The position numbers and the translations under genes were made by a program. Under the pieces are notes generated by a model. It saw nothing but the letters and a program-made list of their open reading frames with translations, was not told the DNA's origin and did not search any database. A stretch of 5,412 nt of DNA, taken from NCBI RefSeq assembly GCF_035285525.1, contig NZ_JAYKGW010000191.1, forward strand, positions 1-5,412, in the 5' to 3' direction. Origin of the DNA: Okeania sp. (lineage in GTDB: Bacteria > Cyanobacteriota > Cyanobacteriia > Cyanobacteriales > Microcoleaceae). Below, piece by piece: positions 5,378 to 5,412 of this stretch; position 1 is the first letter of the stretch, and each line of letters begins with the position of its first letter.

Positions 5378-5412
5378 GGTTTATATCATATCATTGGGGG
5401 CGGGTTTATCTA
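5378..5412 (+). repeat. 35-nt direct repeat, copy 2; ends exactly at the window edge
   Basis: Identical to 5296-5330. The array may continue beyond the window. Confidence 0.85.

Larger units (their letters stand above)
5172..5412. repeat. Cluster of six AAACCCGCCCC / GGGGCGGGTTT units in alternating orientation (REP- or MITE-like palindromic elements)
   Basis: Units lie at 5174-5184 (+), 5208-5218 (-), 5255-5263 (+, degenerate aaacccgcc), 5315-5325 (-), 5361-5371 (+) and 5397-5407 (-). The 17-mer agaaacccgcccctact occurs at both 5172-5188 and 5359-5375. Confidence 0.8.

Noticed and set aside
5296-5412. CRISPR array hypothesis for the two identical 35-nt repeats separated by 47 nt
   Set aside because: Only two copies are visible. 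The would-be spacer contains the reverse complement of the repeat core (aaacccgcccctac). Further copies of the same core occur upstream at irregular spacing and in both orientations. No cas genes are in the window. The pattern fits REP- or MITE-like palindromes better, but sequence beyond 5412 should be checked.

Overview
AT-rich DNA of cyanobacterial type, with four copies of the HIP1 octamer GCGATCGC. All supported genes are on the + strand. (1) nt 1-692 is a decaying tandem array (558-nt period) of Uma2/DUF820-family putative endonuclease genes. It comprises the 3' tip of one copy, a complete copy inactivated by two nonsense codons and a frameshift, and a short 5' stub of a third. (2) nt 733-3339 is one continuous reading frame encoding [DUF262 (GmrS/ParB-like, DGxQR) + helical region] x2 followed by a C-terminal HNH nuclease. 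The ORF track shows it as two ORFs only because a single in-frame TAA (2239-2241) sits inside the second DUF262 domain. The 78 codons after that stop stay open in the same frame and encode the rest of the domain. This stand-alone tandem-DUF262-HNH gene, apparently freshly disrupted, is the best candidate for an undescribed defence-type (type IV restriction-like) nuclease here. (3) nt 3340-3823 is a non-coding spacer holding a promoter-like site, a 57% G+C island that could be a small RNA or repeat relic, and a (TGGATTC)x3 heptamer repeat. (4) nt 3824-5167 is a conventional glutathione reductase (gor). (5) nt 5172-5412 is a cluster of six alternating-orientation AAACCCGCCCC palindromic units. 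It includes a perfect 14-bp hairpin just after gor and a perfect 35-nt direct repeat that runs off the window edge. I saw no rRNA, tRNA, transposase or convincing CRISPR array. All family assignments come from reading motifs by eye, with no searches run.
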